64,000 bases of DNA from the human T2T-CHM13v2.0 reference genome, Homo sapiens, in assembly GCF_009914755.1 (NCBI RefSeq), contig NC_060929.1; one strand, written 5' to 3'. The position numbers and the translations under genes were made by a program. The notes under the pieces were generated by a model. It had not been told where the DNA came from. It worked only from the letters and a program-made list of their open reading frames with translations, and searched no databases. Below, piece after piece: positions 32,973-51,225 of this stretch (the stretch's first letter is position 1; each line of letters opens with the position of its first letter).

Positions 32973-33653
32973 AGAAAGAACATTTTAAAGGGATGAAGAT
33001 TTGCAAAGTGACCCTCTCTTACCGAGTTCGTCTTTGGGAGTTCTTCCACCTCATCAGAGAAATACCTGTATCTTTTCTCAAATTCTCTTTGCTTCTCTTT
33101 CACTCATCAGATACTGTAGTGGGCTCCCTGAAACTCTGGCTAGGAGCAGAGAATGCAAAGAGGCAATGGAGGCCACTGATGAGCTATGCTTGTAACCAGT
33201 ATTAACATAAGCCCTATCACTGCCCTCCTCTCCCCACCTCCCCAGTCAAAACAGAATATGATAACCAGTCATTCACACTGATGAATGGATTGGCCAATTA
33301 CAAATCAGACAAAGTTCATTCACACTAAAATGTGATCTCCACCATGTTTTGCATTTTAAGTCTGTTTCTTCCAACTTTGGGAAAGGAATTTCAGACACCA
33401 CAAAGCAGGCTTTAGGATGAAGGAAAGGAGCCTAGAATCCCCCTGTCCTGCTTATCTAGCTGGCCCTGAAAGTCTCAGCTCAAGTGTCACCTCTTCAGAG
33501 AACCCTTTCACGACACTCTTTCTAATGTTGTTCCATTACATTAAACTGTTTTATTTTATTCACAGCACTTATCATTATTAGAAATTATCTTGTCTATTTC
33601 TTTATTGTATCTCTCTGTACTTTTCTCTAAATCGCACGACAGCATTGACCTTG

Positions 33654-34387
33654 TGCTATGATTTGAATGTTTGTGTCCCTCCAAAATTTATGTTGAAGTT
33701 TTGATGTGATTTTTCTATGTCCCCACCCAAATCTCACCTTGAATTGTAATAATCCGCATGCGTCAAGGGCAGGGCCAGGTGGAGATAATTGAATCATGGG
33801 GTTGGTTCTCCCATACAGTTCTTATGGTAGTTGATAAGTCTCATGAGATCTGATGGTTTTATATATGGGAGTTCCCTGCCCAAGTTCTATTGCCTGCCAC
33901 CATGTAAGACGTGACTTTGCTCCTCATTTGCCTTCTGCCATGATTTTGAGGCCTCCTCAGCCGTGTGGAACTGTGAGTCAATTAAACCTCTTTCCTTTAT
34001 AAATTATCCAGTCTCAGGTATGTCTTTTTAGCAGCATGGGAACAGACTAATACAAGCTTAATCCCCTGTGCAATGGTATTAGGGGGTGAGGCTGTTAGGC
34101 AGAGATTAGGTTGTAAGGGCTCTTTCCTCATGCATGAGATTAGTGCCCTTATAAAAAGGCTTGAGGGAACTAGCTAGTCCCTTTTGCATTTCCATCTCTT
34201 CTGTCATGCGAAGACACAGTAAGGTGCCCTCTTGGAAGCAGAGAGCAGCCCTGGCACCAGACACTAAATCTGCTGGCACCCTGATCTTGGACTTCCCAGC
34301 CTCCAGAATCATGAGAAATAAATTTCTGTTGTTTATAAATTACCTATCCAAAGTATTTTGTTATTGCAGCAGGAGCAGACTGAGACA
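33654..34387 (+). mobile_element. MST/MLT1A-type LTR
   Basis: tgctatgatttgaatgtttgtgtcc..gactgagaca; 5-bp TSD ccttg/tcttg. Confidence 0.85.
33702..34054 (+). mobile_element. THE1B-type solo LTR
   Basis: ccccacccaaatctcaccttgaattgtaat..gactaataca; TSD agttt/agctt. Confidence 0.9.
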
Positions 34388-34559
34388 TCTTGTCAGTTTT
34401 GTTTCCCACTCTGTCCCCATGGCATATCATGCTGGCTAGAACACAGAATGCTATCAGTATCATTGTTGAAGGAAAGAATAGATGAATGAATAAACAAGTG
34501 AATACATTAGACAACCTGACTCAGTTCCTCCAGTATGGTTGGCATGGGTTTAGAGATCT

Positions 34560-34779
34560 GAGGGGTCAGATTTGGGTCTTTATGCCCCAGATCCAGAGCA
34601 CAGATAAATTTTGATAAATAAAGTTTTATTGGAACACAGCCACATCCATTAGTTTACTCATTATCTATGGTCACTTTTGAGATCCAGTGATAGAATTCAG
34701 TGTTGCAACAGAGCCACATGATCTGCAATTTGAAAATGTTTAATATCTGGCCCTTTTAGAAAAAAATTTGCTAACCCTC
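34560..34779 (+). mobile_element. MER58A-like (hAT-Charlie)
   Basis: aaataaagttttattggaacacagccac..atctggccctttta. Confidence 0.8.
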
Positions 34780-34857
34780 ACCCAGTCTCACCCCAGGAGA
34801 GCTGAACTGAAACTGTGAGAACCCCAGCTGGTGAGCTGTTGGAAATAAAGGGTCTAG

Positions 34858-35277
<420 letters not shown>

Positions 35278-35303
35278 TAATGACTTGAAAACAATCTATT
35301 TAT

Positions 35304-35660
35304 TGTATTACTAGTCAAGATAGGCTAGGTTGTGCTCCAGTAACAAACAACTTGAAAATCTCAACAGCTTAAAAGGCCAAGTTCATCTCCTGCTCACATT
35401 ACATTTCCCATGTGGATTGGCAGCGACTCTTCACATTGTAGTTACTGAGGAACCCAAGGTGGATGGAAGCCCATCTCTGCTCTATGATTTCCAAAAACGA
35501 GGTTGGGAGTGGAGACCATAGTGAATCGTACACAGAACTTTTAAAGCTTCTACCTGAAACAGACACACATCACTTCTGTTCACATTTTCTTGCCCAAAGG
35601 AAGACTATGGCTGCATTTCAATTCAACAGAGTGACTGTATAATCCTTCTACAGGGGTAAG
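35304..35660 (-). mobile_element. Old MLT1 (I/J-like) LTR
   Basis: agtcaagataggctaggttgtgctccagtaacaaac..aaaatctca. Confidence 0.65.
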
Positions 35661-36632
35661 CACTAAATATTTATGGAACTTTATATTTATTTACAGTTAA
35701 TAATAAAGGTATTAACTTAAAGTACTTCAGTTAGGAGGAGAAGTACTAGTTTAGGACCACAGTTCTAATCCCCAGTAGCACTGGATCTGTGGAAATTATA
35801 CAAGAATGAGGGGCCCCTTTCCTGAATCTCACCACCTGGGGTACCTCAAGAAACCACAGGCTCCAAGTACTATTGTCAAAAAAGAAACCACTAGAATTTG
35901 AGATAGGCTATAATATTCTATTAAGCATATTACTAACTTTAACATTTAAAACTCTATTGAGACCAAAATCATCTAGCAAAAACATTAAAACAATACTCAG
36001 TCATTTAGAACTTTTTGCATCGCTTTACATTTTTCTGTAGCTCTCAAGGATACCAAAGCTCTTCCTTTGTCTCCATGTAGTAGGAATCCTCTGCATTCCT
36101 TCACATCGCTGCAGCATAAGAAATGTTTGTCTCCCAGAATTTCCATATCTGGGGTAGGGAACTGTCTGGCCTAGGCTTTCGACGTCTTTTTAATCTCACT
36201 CTTAGGAATCAATGCAGGCCCTGGAGCCAAAAAAAGTAAACATCTGGGGCATGGATAGTTCAAGGAGCAGAGGTCACGGCACAGCTGGGAAAATTCGTCT
36301 TCTGTTCTTAGGGAGTCTGGGTGAGAAGAGCACAGGAGCGATTCTTTGAAAAGAAAGGGAGATCTTACTCAATGATCTGGCTCAACCCCAGGGGTGACCT
36401 TGGTGATGGCCAGGCAGGCAATATAATTGACCATTTGCTGGTGCAAAGCAGCCCTCCAGCCTCTTAGAGGAGTCCGAAGGGAGTACCTCAGTCTGTTGGG
36501 ACCACTTTATGCCAGTTATTCAGAAAATGAATTTTCACCTGGAAAAGTGAAAGCTTTATATCCAGTGACAAAAAGCAGAACTTTTAGATGAGTATTGGAG
36601 GGGAGGTACGTCCTGAAAAGAGAAAAGTGAAC

Positions 36633-37039
36633 TGTCTTAGTTTGCTATGGCTGTCATGACAAAAATACCATGAACTGGGTGGCTTAAACAACAGAAATGG
36701 ATTTTGTCACAGTTCTGGAGCCTGCAAGTCCAAGATCAAGAAGCCAGAAGGGTTGGTGTCCTCTGTGGCCTCCCTCCTTGGTTTGCAGAAGGCCACCGTC
36801 TTGCTGCCTCTTTATATGATTATTCCTCCGCGCACATGTACCCTGGTGTCTCTCTGGGTTTCCTAATCTCTTCTTATGAAAATACTAGTTGGATTGCATT
36901 AGGGGCCACCATAATGGCCTCATTTTACCTTAATTACCTCTTTAAAGGCCTTATCTCTAAATACAGTTGCATTTTGAAGTATTGGGGTTTAAGGCTTCAA
37001 CATATAAATTTGGGAAAAGGACACAATTCACCCATAACA
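36633..37039 (-). mobile_element. MLT1A/B-type solo LTR
   Basis: tgtcttagtttgct..cccataaca; TSD tgaac/tggac. Confidence 0.85.
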
Positions 37040-37071
37040 TGGACTTCTTGGCACATATTAAAAATAAACGG

Positions 37072-37395
<324 letters not shown>

Positions 37396-37473
37396 TCAAC
37401 AAAAGATATTGAGTATGATTGCCCTAAATTTCCTACTCTTCACAAAAATCTCCACCAGCAGATCCTTCCCAAC

Positions 37474-37475
<2 letters not shown>

Positions 37476-37512
<37 letters not shown>
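37476..37512. repeat. (TG)n microsatellite
   Basis: Direct reading. Confidence 0.95.
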
Positions 37513-37514
<2 letters not shown>

Positions 37515-37530
37515 TGTTAATGTATTGTCA

Positions 37531-37896
<366 letters not shown>

Positions 37897-38459
37897 CTAG
37901 AATTTAGAGATAAGCACCCAGAGTCATCTAACCGAGCTCTTTCTTTCCAGGGACCCATCAGCCTAAATAATTTTAAAGATGCTGCCAGTGGCATCAAATG
38001 TCAGCACAGTACTGCCTATAATTTTTATAACCGTAGAGATTTGTGTGATAGAAACAGGTATAAAGGATCCTCTGAAGAAGCTAAGGAGTTCCCAGAGTAT
38101 GAGGATATCTTCCCATATTCTTCTGAAAACGTCTTTGTTTTGCCCCTAGTCTTGGATGACTGTTTAGTAGGGTATACAATTCCAGAGTGACTTATTTTTT
38201 CAGCACTTTGAATTGTTTCCTTGGATTCTGGATTTTCTTGCTCCTGTTGAAAGGATTGGTGTGTAAATTGTTGTTCCTTATTAGGAAATATCATCCTTTT
38301 CTCTGCTTCTTTTTATGATCGCTTTGTCTTTAGTTTTCTAAAGTTTCCTTATAGTGTTTGTAGTAATGCATTTGTTTTTATTTGTGTTGCCTATGACTTG
38401 GTATACTTCTCCAATCTGAGAAATCACATATCTCCCCAATTCTGAGGATTCACGTTTTT

Positions 38460-38812
38460 AAAAATTATTATTCTACTTTAAGTTCTGGGACACATGTACA
38501 AAACATGCAGGTTTGTTACATAGTTATACACGTGCCATGGTGGTTTACTGCACCCATCAACCCATCATCTACATTAGGTATTTCGCCTAATGCTATCCCT
38601 CCCCTAGCCCCCCACCTCCTGACAGGCCCCGGTGTGTGATGTTCCCCTCCCTGTGTCCACATGTTCTCATTGTTCAACTCCCACTAATGAGTGAGAACAT
38701 GTGGTGTTTGGTTTTCTGTTTCTGTGTTAGTTTGCTGAGAATGATGGTTTCCAGCTTCATCCATGTCCCTGCAAAGGACATTAACTCATCCTTATGGCTG
38801 CATAGTATTCCA
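38460..38812 (-). mobile_element. 5'-truncated L1PA (3' end, L1PA7/8-like)
   Basis: gcaggtttgttacata..cctaatgctatccctcccc..tgagtgagaacat; degenerate TSD attca(cg/ta)ttttt. Confidence 0.9.
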
Positions 38813-39013
38813 TTCATATTTTTCAATAATGACTTGAGTGTTGCCTGTACTTCCTTCTGCCTATTCTCTCCTTCTGGATTTTCAGTTAGATGCATTTTGA
38901 ACATCTAGCTTGTCCCCTTTGTCTGTTAGCCTCAGTTTCATAGTTTCCATGTCTTTACCTCCCTGTACAGTGTTATAAGTTGATTATTCAGCCCTCTCTT
39001 CCAATTTACTAAT

Positions 39014-39572
<559 letters not shown>

Positions 39573-39979
39573 TAATCCATCTAGTACATTTTATATTTTA
39601 ATTGTTATATTTTACATTTCTAGAAATTCTATTTGGTTCTTTTCAAAACTGCAGTTATTCTTGATGGTCTTTTGTTCATTCCTTAGAGTCATCATTCCCT
39701 CTGTTACTTCATAAACAGTTTAAGCATACTCATTTTACATTCTTTTTTAGATAATTCTATGCCCAAAAACTTCTTGGGGTCTAATTTTGCCCACAAATTT
39801 GTGCTGAGTGGTGGTTTATTTTATGGGAGCTTATTTTCTCGTGTGTTTGTAATTTTCTGTTCTTTGTTCATATAAAGTTCCTCTTAAATGTAGGAATCCT
39901 GAAGAGTCTGAGTTGAAGGTGCTTCCCACCAGATGGCAGGTATTGCGGTGTTATGAACTAGAAATACGTTTCAATTAAT

Positions 39980-40268
39980 TGTTTTGAGAGAGAGGGTCTT
40001 GCTCTGTCACCCAGGCTGGAGTGCAGTGGCACAATCTCTGCTCATTGTAGCCTCAACTTCCCAGGGCTCAAGTGGTCCTCCCACCTCAGCCTCCTGAATA
40101 GCTGGGACTACAGACACATGCCACTGTGCCTGACTAATTTTTTTTTAATTTTTTATTTTTTGTGGAGATGGGGTTTTGCCATATTGGCCAGGCTGGTCGC
40201 AAACTCCTGGGCTCAAGGGATTCTCCCACTTCGCCCTCCCAAAGTGCTGGGATTACAGGCATGGCTTA
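39980..40268 (-). mobile_element. Alu (AluJ)
   Basis: Reverse-complement dimeric Alu. Confidence 0.9.
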
Positions 40269-40926
40269 CTATTAAAAATAATTTTTCTACTTGGGGTTTC
40301 CTGGACCATGTCAGTAGTGTAGGCACTAAATATCCATGGGGATAGGCTTGGGATTATAAATTCTCAGGAAAGTCTCATTTTTGTTTTTGTTTTTCATTCC
40401 TTTGACCAATGCCTGAGACAAACACATTTCCTTGTTGACTTCCTTTTGCCAGAAGATGGATTTTATTTTCCTAACCCAACTTTTCACTTGAGGGAGTTGG
40501 TATTTGGGACCCCTAGCTCCTTCCTTTACCCTAATTCTCCCACTGAAAACCAGGTTCCCAGGATCAGCAGATGCTCTGTGCTTCCGAGTTTTCACACCAT
40601 TTTATTGCAACATTTTATTTCCTTTGAATCTCACTTACTTTCTTAGAAGTGTAGTTGTGCATTTGGCCAAATGTTTGGTGTGTCTTATCCAGTAATTTTT
40701 TGTGTTTGTGGAGGGGAATTTTTTTCAGAATTTCGCCAGCTCTGTTGCTAGAGGCAGAAGGTTTTCTCAGGCTCTGGAGGCTGGAGCTTCTGCAACCACT
40801 TAGACCTTCATCAGTCATGTATGAAGCAACTGTGCTCTTGCTTCAGTTTAGGGGAACACAGTGCCTCCTTTCTCCTGTGCTTCTGTGAATGAGGTTCCAA
40901 TAACCCAGGGACATAGTCTGTTGTAG

Positions 40927-41308
40927 TGTATTAGTCCATTCTCACATTGCTATAAAGAAATAAAGAGACTGGGTAATTTACAAAGAAAAGAGGTTTCATT
41001 GACTCACAGTTCCACATGGCTGGGGAGGCCTCAGGAAACTTACAATCTTGGTGGAAGGGGAAGCAGGCACATCTTACATGGCAGCAGTCGAGAGAGAGAG
41101 AGAGAAAGAGAGAGAGATGTGAGAGCAAGTAGGGAAAACTTTCTGACAAAATCATCAGATTTTGTGAGAATTCACTCACTATCACAAGAACAGCATGGGG
41201 GAAACTGTCCCCATGATCCAATCACCTCCCAGTAGGTCCTTCCCTTGATACCTGGGGATTACAATTTGAGATGAGATTTGGGTAGGAACACAGAGCCAAA
41301 CCATATCA
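40927..41308 (-). mobile_element. THE1 (C/D-like) solo LTR
   Basis: tgtattagtccattctcac..ccaaaccatatca; perfect TSD tgtag at 40922-40926 and 41309-41313. Confidence 0.9.
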
Positions 41309-41354
41309 TGTAGCAAACAGATCCTGAGGCTAGGACTCAAAAAACCAGAGTTCT

Positions 41355-41779
<425 letters not shown>

Positions 41780-43060
41780 TTATAAGTAGGAGGGTAAAAA
41801 TATGACAAGAGGATGTGAAAGTACTTTGTTAACTCTAAAGAAGACTGGTATAAATGCAAGCTACTCTGTAACTGACCCAAGATAAAGTACCAAGCATTCT
41901 CTCTGAAGAGCAATACTCTATGCTCAGATATGCCTGCTCCTAGGGTAGTATCTACCTATTGAGGGTCTTCAGAATCATTTGCCAGGACTAAAAATATATC
42001 ATATTTTAGTAAACACACATATTGTGTAATATCAATATCTTCCTTTTATTTATAAGCAACACAAGGCTACAGTAGTAAAAAGGAGGGGTTGAAAGAAAAC
42101 GAACTCTTAAATATTATACAAATTGTATACTCTTGCACCTTAGGTGTTCAGCCTATCTAAATATTTGTGCTCATTTAGTTTCATTTGTTTTGTTTTCATT
42201 CCTTGAATTTCTTCCAGATCTTTTCACATCATTTGAGTACCTTAGGCCAGATTCATTAGAAAAACATCTGCCCATTTGTCTCACCTGGACCAAAGGAGCC
42301 CACTCTGAACATCTCTAAGCTTTCCCATTTGCCTCTAGACTGTGTCTTTTTCAATGACCTGCCCCTTTGGAAAGGGCAAAGTGTAGATGTGCAGTGGGCA
42401 TCTCCACCCTCATCCCCCCACTGTTTATGTTTGCCTCTGCATTTTGCAACCCAAAAGGGTTTATTTTTTTCTCCAATGTTTTAAAGATTTACTACCCACA
42501 GTAGTTCCTTAGATGAGCAGCTTCACAGAGAGCAGAAAAGGTACAGTGTTTTCACTGTGTCCAATATAAATTGAAGATGTTTCTAGCATGTTAGGGGCAC
42601 TCACTTTTGACACACTTTGTCCAGCTGTAAGTTCAGTAAATTTCATTTTTTTCTCTTTCACAAATTCCCTTGGAGGATTCCTTAAACAAGTCTCTAGGTG
42701 TCAAACTTCTTCCTTAGGTTTTCCCAAGGGCAAATATATTCATTCCACATTTCCTGCCTAATGTGTGCCTTAACCTTTGCCTTCCAGCTGTGTACACTTC
42801 ATGAAGATGGTCCCAACATTCACTGGATCACCTGACAAGGCAAGCAAGTGAGCACTCTCTCCATACAGTTGTCTGTTTTGAATCTGGTGGGCAGAGATAT
42901 CACACTTTTCTCTGTACCTCCTGGAGGACGGGGAGGAAGGATAATGACATGAAAAACATGAAAAATATTTCTTTAATGACTATTTTAGTGGCTCCCATCT
43001 CCCTGTAACAGAAATGTGCTCACAAACCTTTATCCATGCTAAGATGGCTAGATGCTTACC

Positions 43061-43600
43061 TATGGTGGGCTGTGACTTTTGTGTCCCCAGTGAACCACGC
43101 TTCCCAGCATTCATGCCTGTGTACAGCCCTTCCCATGTGGACCCTGGCCTTGGCCATGTGACTAATTTTTGTCCATGGGATGTTGGCAAGCATGATGTAG
43201 CAGAGATTGATAAGCACTTGCACACTGGGGTGCATCCTTGTGGAACACTCCTTCTTGGAATCCAGCTGCCATTTTATGAGGAAGCCCAAGAAACTATGTG
43301 AAGGAGAACTGAGGTCCCAGCCAACAATCTCTAGCTGACTCCAGCCAGGGACCACCAGCAGCTACTGAGTGTATGAGTGAGGCCATTCCACATCTTTCAG
43401 CCATCCCAGGATCCCAGCTACTACCACATGAAGCAGAATGATCAACCCACAGAATTATAAGAAATACCAAGAAAATCACAAATACCTCACCCCTGACATC
43501 ATTGAGTCAGTGATCCAAAGCCACCACTTTTCAAAATATGAGGAAAACAAGCCCCTATTTTATTAAAACCACTGTTATCTCAATACAGGCAGCTGCTTTG
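43061..43600 (+). mobile_element. MLT1 (F/G/H-like) LTR
   Basis: ggccttggccatgtgact..cagctgccatt.tatgaggaagcccaa..; end approximate. Confidence 0.65.
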
Positions 43601-43998
43601 GATGCTAATCATGTTTCAGTGACCACGTTACTAGCATGGAAGCTCTGTAGTATGGTGTCGTTCTCAACTCTGGCTGCACATAAGAATAGCAATCTCTGTG
43701 AGTGGAGAAGAGTTTACAGTACTTATATTTTGGTTCCTGTAGCTTCATAAGATTTCAACAGAGTATTATGCCTCACATTTTCTTTTTTTATTATTATTAT
43801 ACTTAAATTCTAGGGTACATGTGCACAATGTGCAGGTTTGTTACATAGGTTTACATGTGCCATGTTGGTTTGCTGCACCCATTAACTCTTCATTTACATT
43901 AGGTATTTCTCCTAATGCTATCCCTCCCCCTGCCCCCGATCCCATGACAGGCCCCAGGGTGTGATGTTCTCCACCCTGTGTCCAAGTGTTCTCATTGT

Positions 43999-47813
<3,815 letters not shown>

Positions 47814-47876
47814 TATGATGTTAGTTGGTTATTTTGCCCGTTAATTGATGCAGTTTCTTCCTAGCATCGATGGTCT

Positions 47877-48901
47877 TTACAATTTGGCATGTTTTTGCAG
47901 TGGCTGGTACCGTTTGTTCCTTTCCATGTTTAGTGCTTCCTTTAGGAGCTCTTGTAAGGCAGGCCTGGTGATGACAAAGTCTCTCAGCATTTGCTTGTCT
48001 GTAAAGGATTTTATTTCTCTTTCACTTATGAAGCTTACTTTGGCTGGATATGACATTCTGGGTTGAAAATTCTTTTCTTTAAGAATGTTGTATATTGGCC
48101 CCCACTGTCTTCTGGCTTGTAGAGTTTCTGCCGAGAGATCAGCTGTTAGTGTGATGGGCTTCCCTTTGTGGGTAACCCGACCTTCCTCTCTGTCTCCCCT
48201 TAACATTTTTCCTTCATTTCAACCTTGGTGAATCTGACGATTATGTGTCTTGGGGCTGAACTTCTTGAGGAGTATCTTTGTGGTGTTCTCTGTATTTCCT
48301 GAATTTGAATGTTAGCCTGCCTTGCTAGGTTGGGGAGGTTCTCCTCGATGATAACCTGAAGAGTGTCTTCCAAGTTGGTTCTATTCTCCCCATCACTTTC
48401 GGGTACACCAATCAAACGTAGATTTGGTCTTTTCACATAGTGCCATATTTCTTGGAGGCTTTGTTTGTTTCTTTTTACTCCTTTTTCTCTAAACTTCTCT
48501 TCTTGCTTTATTTCATTAATTTGATCTTCAATCACTGATACCCTTTCTTCCACTTGATGAAATCAGCTATTGAAGCTTGTGCATGCATCACGTAGTTCTC
48601 ATGCCATGGTTTTCAGCTCCATCAGTTCATTTAAGGTCTTCTTTACACTGTTTATTCTAGTTAGCCATTCGTCTAATCTTTTTTCAAGGTTTTTAGCTTC
48701 CTTGCGATGGGTTCAAACATCCTCCTTTAGCTCGGAGAAGTTTGTTATTACCAAACTTCTGAAGCCTACTCCTGTCAGCTCGTCAAAGTCATTCTCCATC
48801 CAGCTTTGTTCCTTTGCTGGCAAGGAGCTGCGATCCTTTGGAAGAGAAGAGGTGCTCTGATTTTTAGAATGTTCAGCTTTTCTGCTCTGGTTTCTCCCCA
48901 T
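47877..48901 (-). pseudogene. L1 ORF1 (disrupted)
   Basis: Fragments MGRNQSRKAE.., ..YVKRPNLRLIGVPE.., ..FQPRMSYPAKVSF..QKHAKL in separate ORFs. Confidence 0.92.
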
Positions 48902-49500
48902 CTTTGTGGTTTTATCTACCTTTGGTCTTTGATGATGGTGACCTACAGATGGGGTTTTGGTGTGGATGTCCTTTTTGTTGATGCTGATGCTATTCCTTTC
49001 CGTTTGTTAGTTTTCCTTCTAACAGTCAGGTCCCTCAGCTGCAGGTCTGTTGGAGTTTGCTGGAGGTCCACTCCAGACCCTGTTTGCCTGGGTATCACCA
49101 GCAGAGGCTACAGAACAGCAAATATTGCAGAACAGCAACTATTGCTGCCTGATCCTTCCCCTGGAAGCTTGGTCTCTGCCTCTATGAGGTGTCTTCCCCT
49201 GCCTCTGTGAGGTGTCAGTTGGCCCCTACTGGGAAGTGTCTCCCAGTTAGGCTACATGAGGTTCAGAGACCCACTTGAGGAGGCAGTCTGTCTGTTCTCT
49301 GAGCTCAAACACCATTCTGGGAGAACCACTGCTCCTTCAGAGCTGTCAGACAGGGAAATTTAAGTCTGCAGAAGTTTCTGCTGCCTTCTGTTCAGCTATG
49401 TGCTGCCCAGAGGTGCCCCCAGAGGCCTTGCTGAGCTGCAGTGGTCTCCACCCAGTTCGAGCTTCTCTAGCTGCTTTGTTTACCTACTCAAGCCTCAGCA

Positions 49501-49833
49501 ATGGCGGATGCCCCTCCTACTGCCAGGCTGCTGCCTTGCAGGCCGATCTCAGACTACTGCGCTAGCAGTGAGCAAGGCTCCATGGGCATGGGACCCGCTG
49601 AGCTAGGTGCGGGATACAATCTCCTGGTGTTCCATTTGCTAAGACCATTGGAAAAGCACAGTATTTGGGTGAGAGTGTCCTGTTTTTCCAAGTACAGTCT
49701 GTCACTGCTTCCCTTGGCTAGGAAAGTGAACTCCCCTGACCCCTTGTGCTTCCCGGGTGAGGCGATGCCCCGCTCTGCTTCAGCTCACCCTCCATGGGCT
49801 GCACCCACTGTCCAACCAGTCCCAATGAGATGA
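49501..49833 (+). CDS. L1 antisense ORF0 homolog (110 aa, open; expression unknown)
   Basis: MADAPPTARLLPCRPISDYCASSEQGSMGMGPAELGAGYNLLV aligns by eye with L1HS ORF0 (MAGAPPPASLPPCSLISDCCASNQRDSVGVGPSEPG..); Kozak gcaATGG. Confidence 0.6.
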   Translation: MADAPPTARLLPCRPISDYCASSEQGSMGMGPAELGAGYNLLVFHLLRPLEKHSIWVRVSCFSKYSLSLLPLARKVNSPDPLCFPGEAMPRSASAHPPWAAPTVQPVPMR

Positions 49834-50019
49834 ACCATGTACCTCAGCTGGAAATGCAGAAATCACTCATCTTCTGTGTCCATCACACTGGGAGCTGCAG
49901 ACCAGAGCTGTTCCTATTCGGCCATCTTGGAATGGACTCCCCTATGCCTCACATTTTCAAGGGCACAGCTTGCTGGGCAACAAGGCTTGGCAAAACTGCA
50001 GAATAGCACCAAAGGACTA

Positions 50020-50382
<363 letters not shown>

Positions 50383-50649
50383 TCAATATGCCATCTCTCC
50401 AATCTCTCCAGACAGGACAGAAGCTCCTTGAGGGTTGAGAACATCTCATATTTCTTTTTTGTGTATGTGTGCAATGTTGTATCTTACATACCAGTCAATA
50501 AATAAAGTTTCCATTTAAAACTTAGCAAATGGCATCTTAGAAATGTTAATCTTTGATCTATGACCTTTTTAAAGACAGTTGAATTAATTTCCATAGATAC
50601 CACTCTCTTATTTCCCCTCAGACTTTACAACTGTCTTATGCTTCTCAAT

Positions 50650-50880
50650 GTTAGTAATATTTACTGATATTATTTATTTAGTTCTTACTCTGTGCCAGAC
50701 ACTATTGTACAGGCTTCGTATATATTAATTATTTAATCTCCAAAATAACCCAAGAGGCAGGTACTAATGTTACCCCCATTTGGCAGATAAGGAAAATGAA
50801 GCCAAGGGAGATTAAGTAATCTGCCCCCAAAAACACAGCTACTAAGTGGAGAAACTGGGGTTTAAATTTACTACCTGATA
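50650..50880 (-). mobile_element. MIR
   Basis: tgtgccagacact..ccccatttggcagataaggaaaatgaagc. Confidence 0.75.
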
Positions 50881-50957
50881 GAGGACTTCTTGTTTCCCTT
50901 CTTAAAATAAATTCTTTCATTTTTTTTCTTTAGTCCATATTTAAAAACAAAGAGAAG

Positions 50958-51225
50958 AGTCAGGCACAGTGGTGCATGCGTGTTGTCCCAGCTACTTGGG
51001 AGGCTGAGGTGGGAAAATCCATTGAGCCCAGGAGTTTGAGACCAGCCTGGGTGACATAGCAAGACCCTGTCTCAAAACATAGTTAATAAAAAATACATTT
51101 TAGTCTAGACACGGGGGCTCCCAGGACTTTGGGAAGTCAAGGTGGGAGGATCGCTTGCACTCAGAAGTTCGAGATAAGCCTGGGCAACAAAGTGAGACCC
51201 TATCTCTATAGAAACAAACAAACAA
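50958..51225 (+). mobile_element. Two Alu monomers (FLAM-like)
   Basis: Monomers at ~50958-51077 and ~51102-51225. Confidence 0.75.

Larger units (their letters stand above)
33450..34505 (+). mobile_element. L2 3' end hosting nested LTRs
   Basis: tctcagctcaagtgtcacctcttcagag.. before and ..ggctagaacacag..gatgaatgaataaac after the LTRs. Confidence 0.7.
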
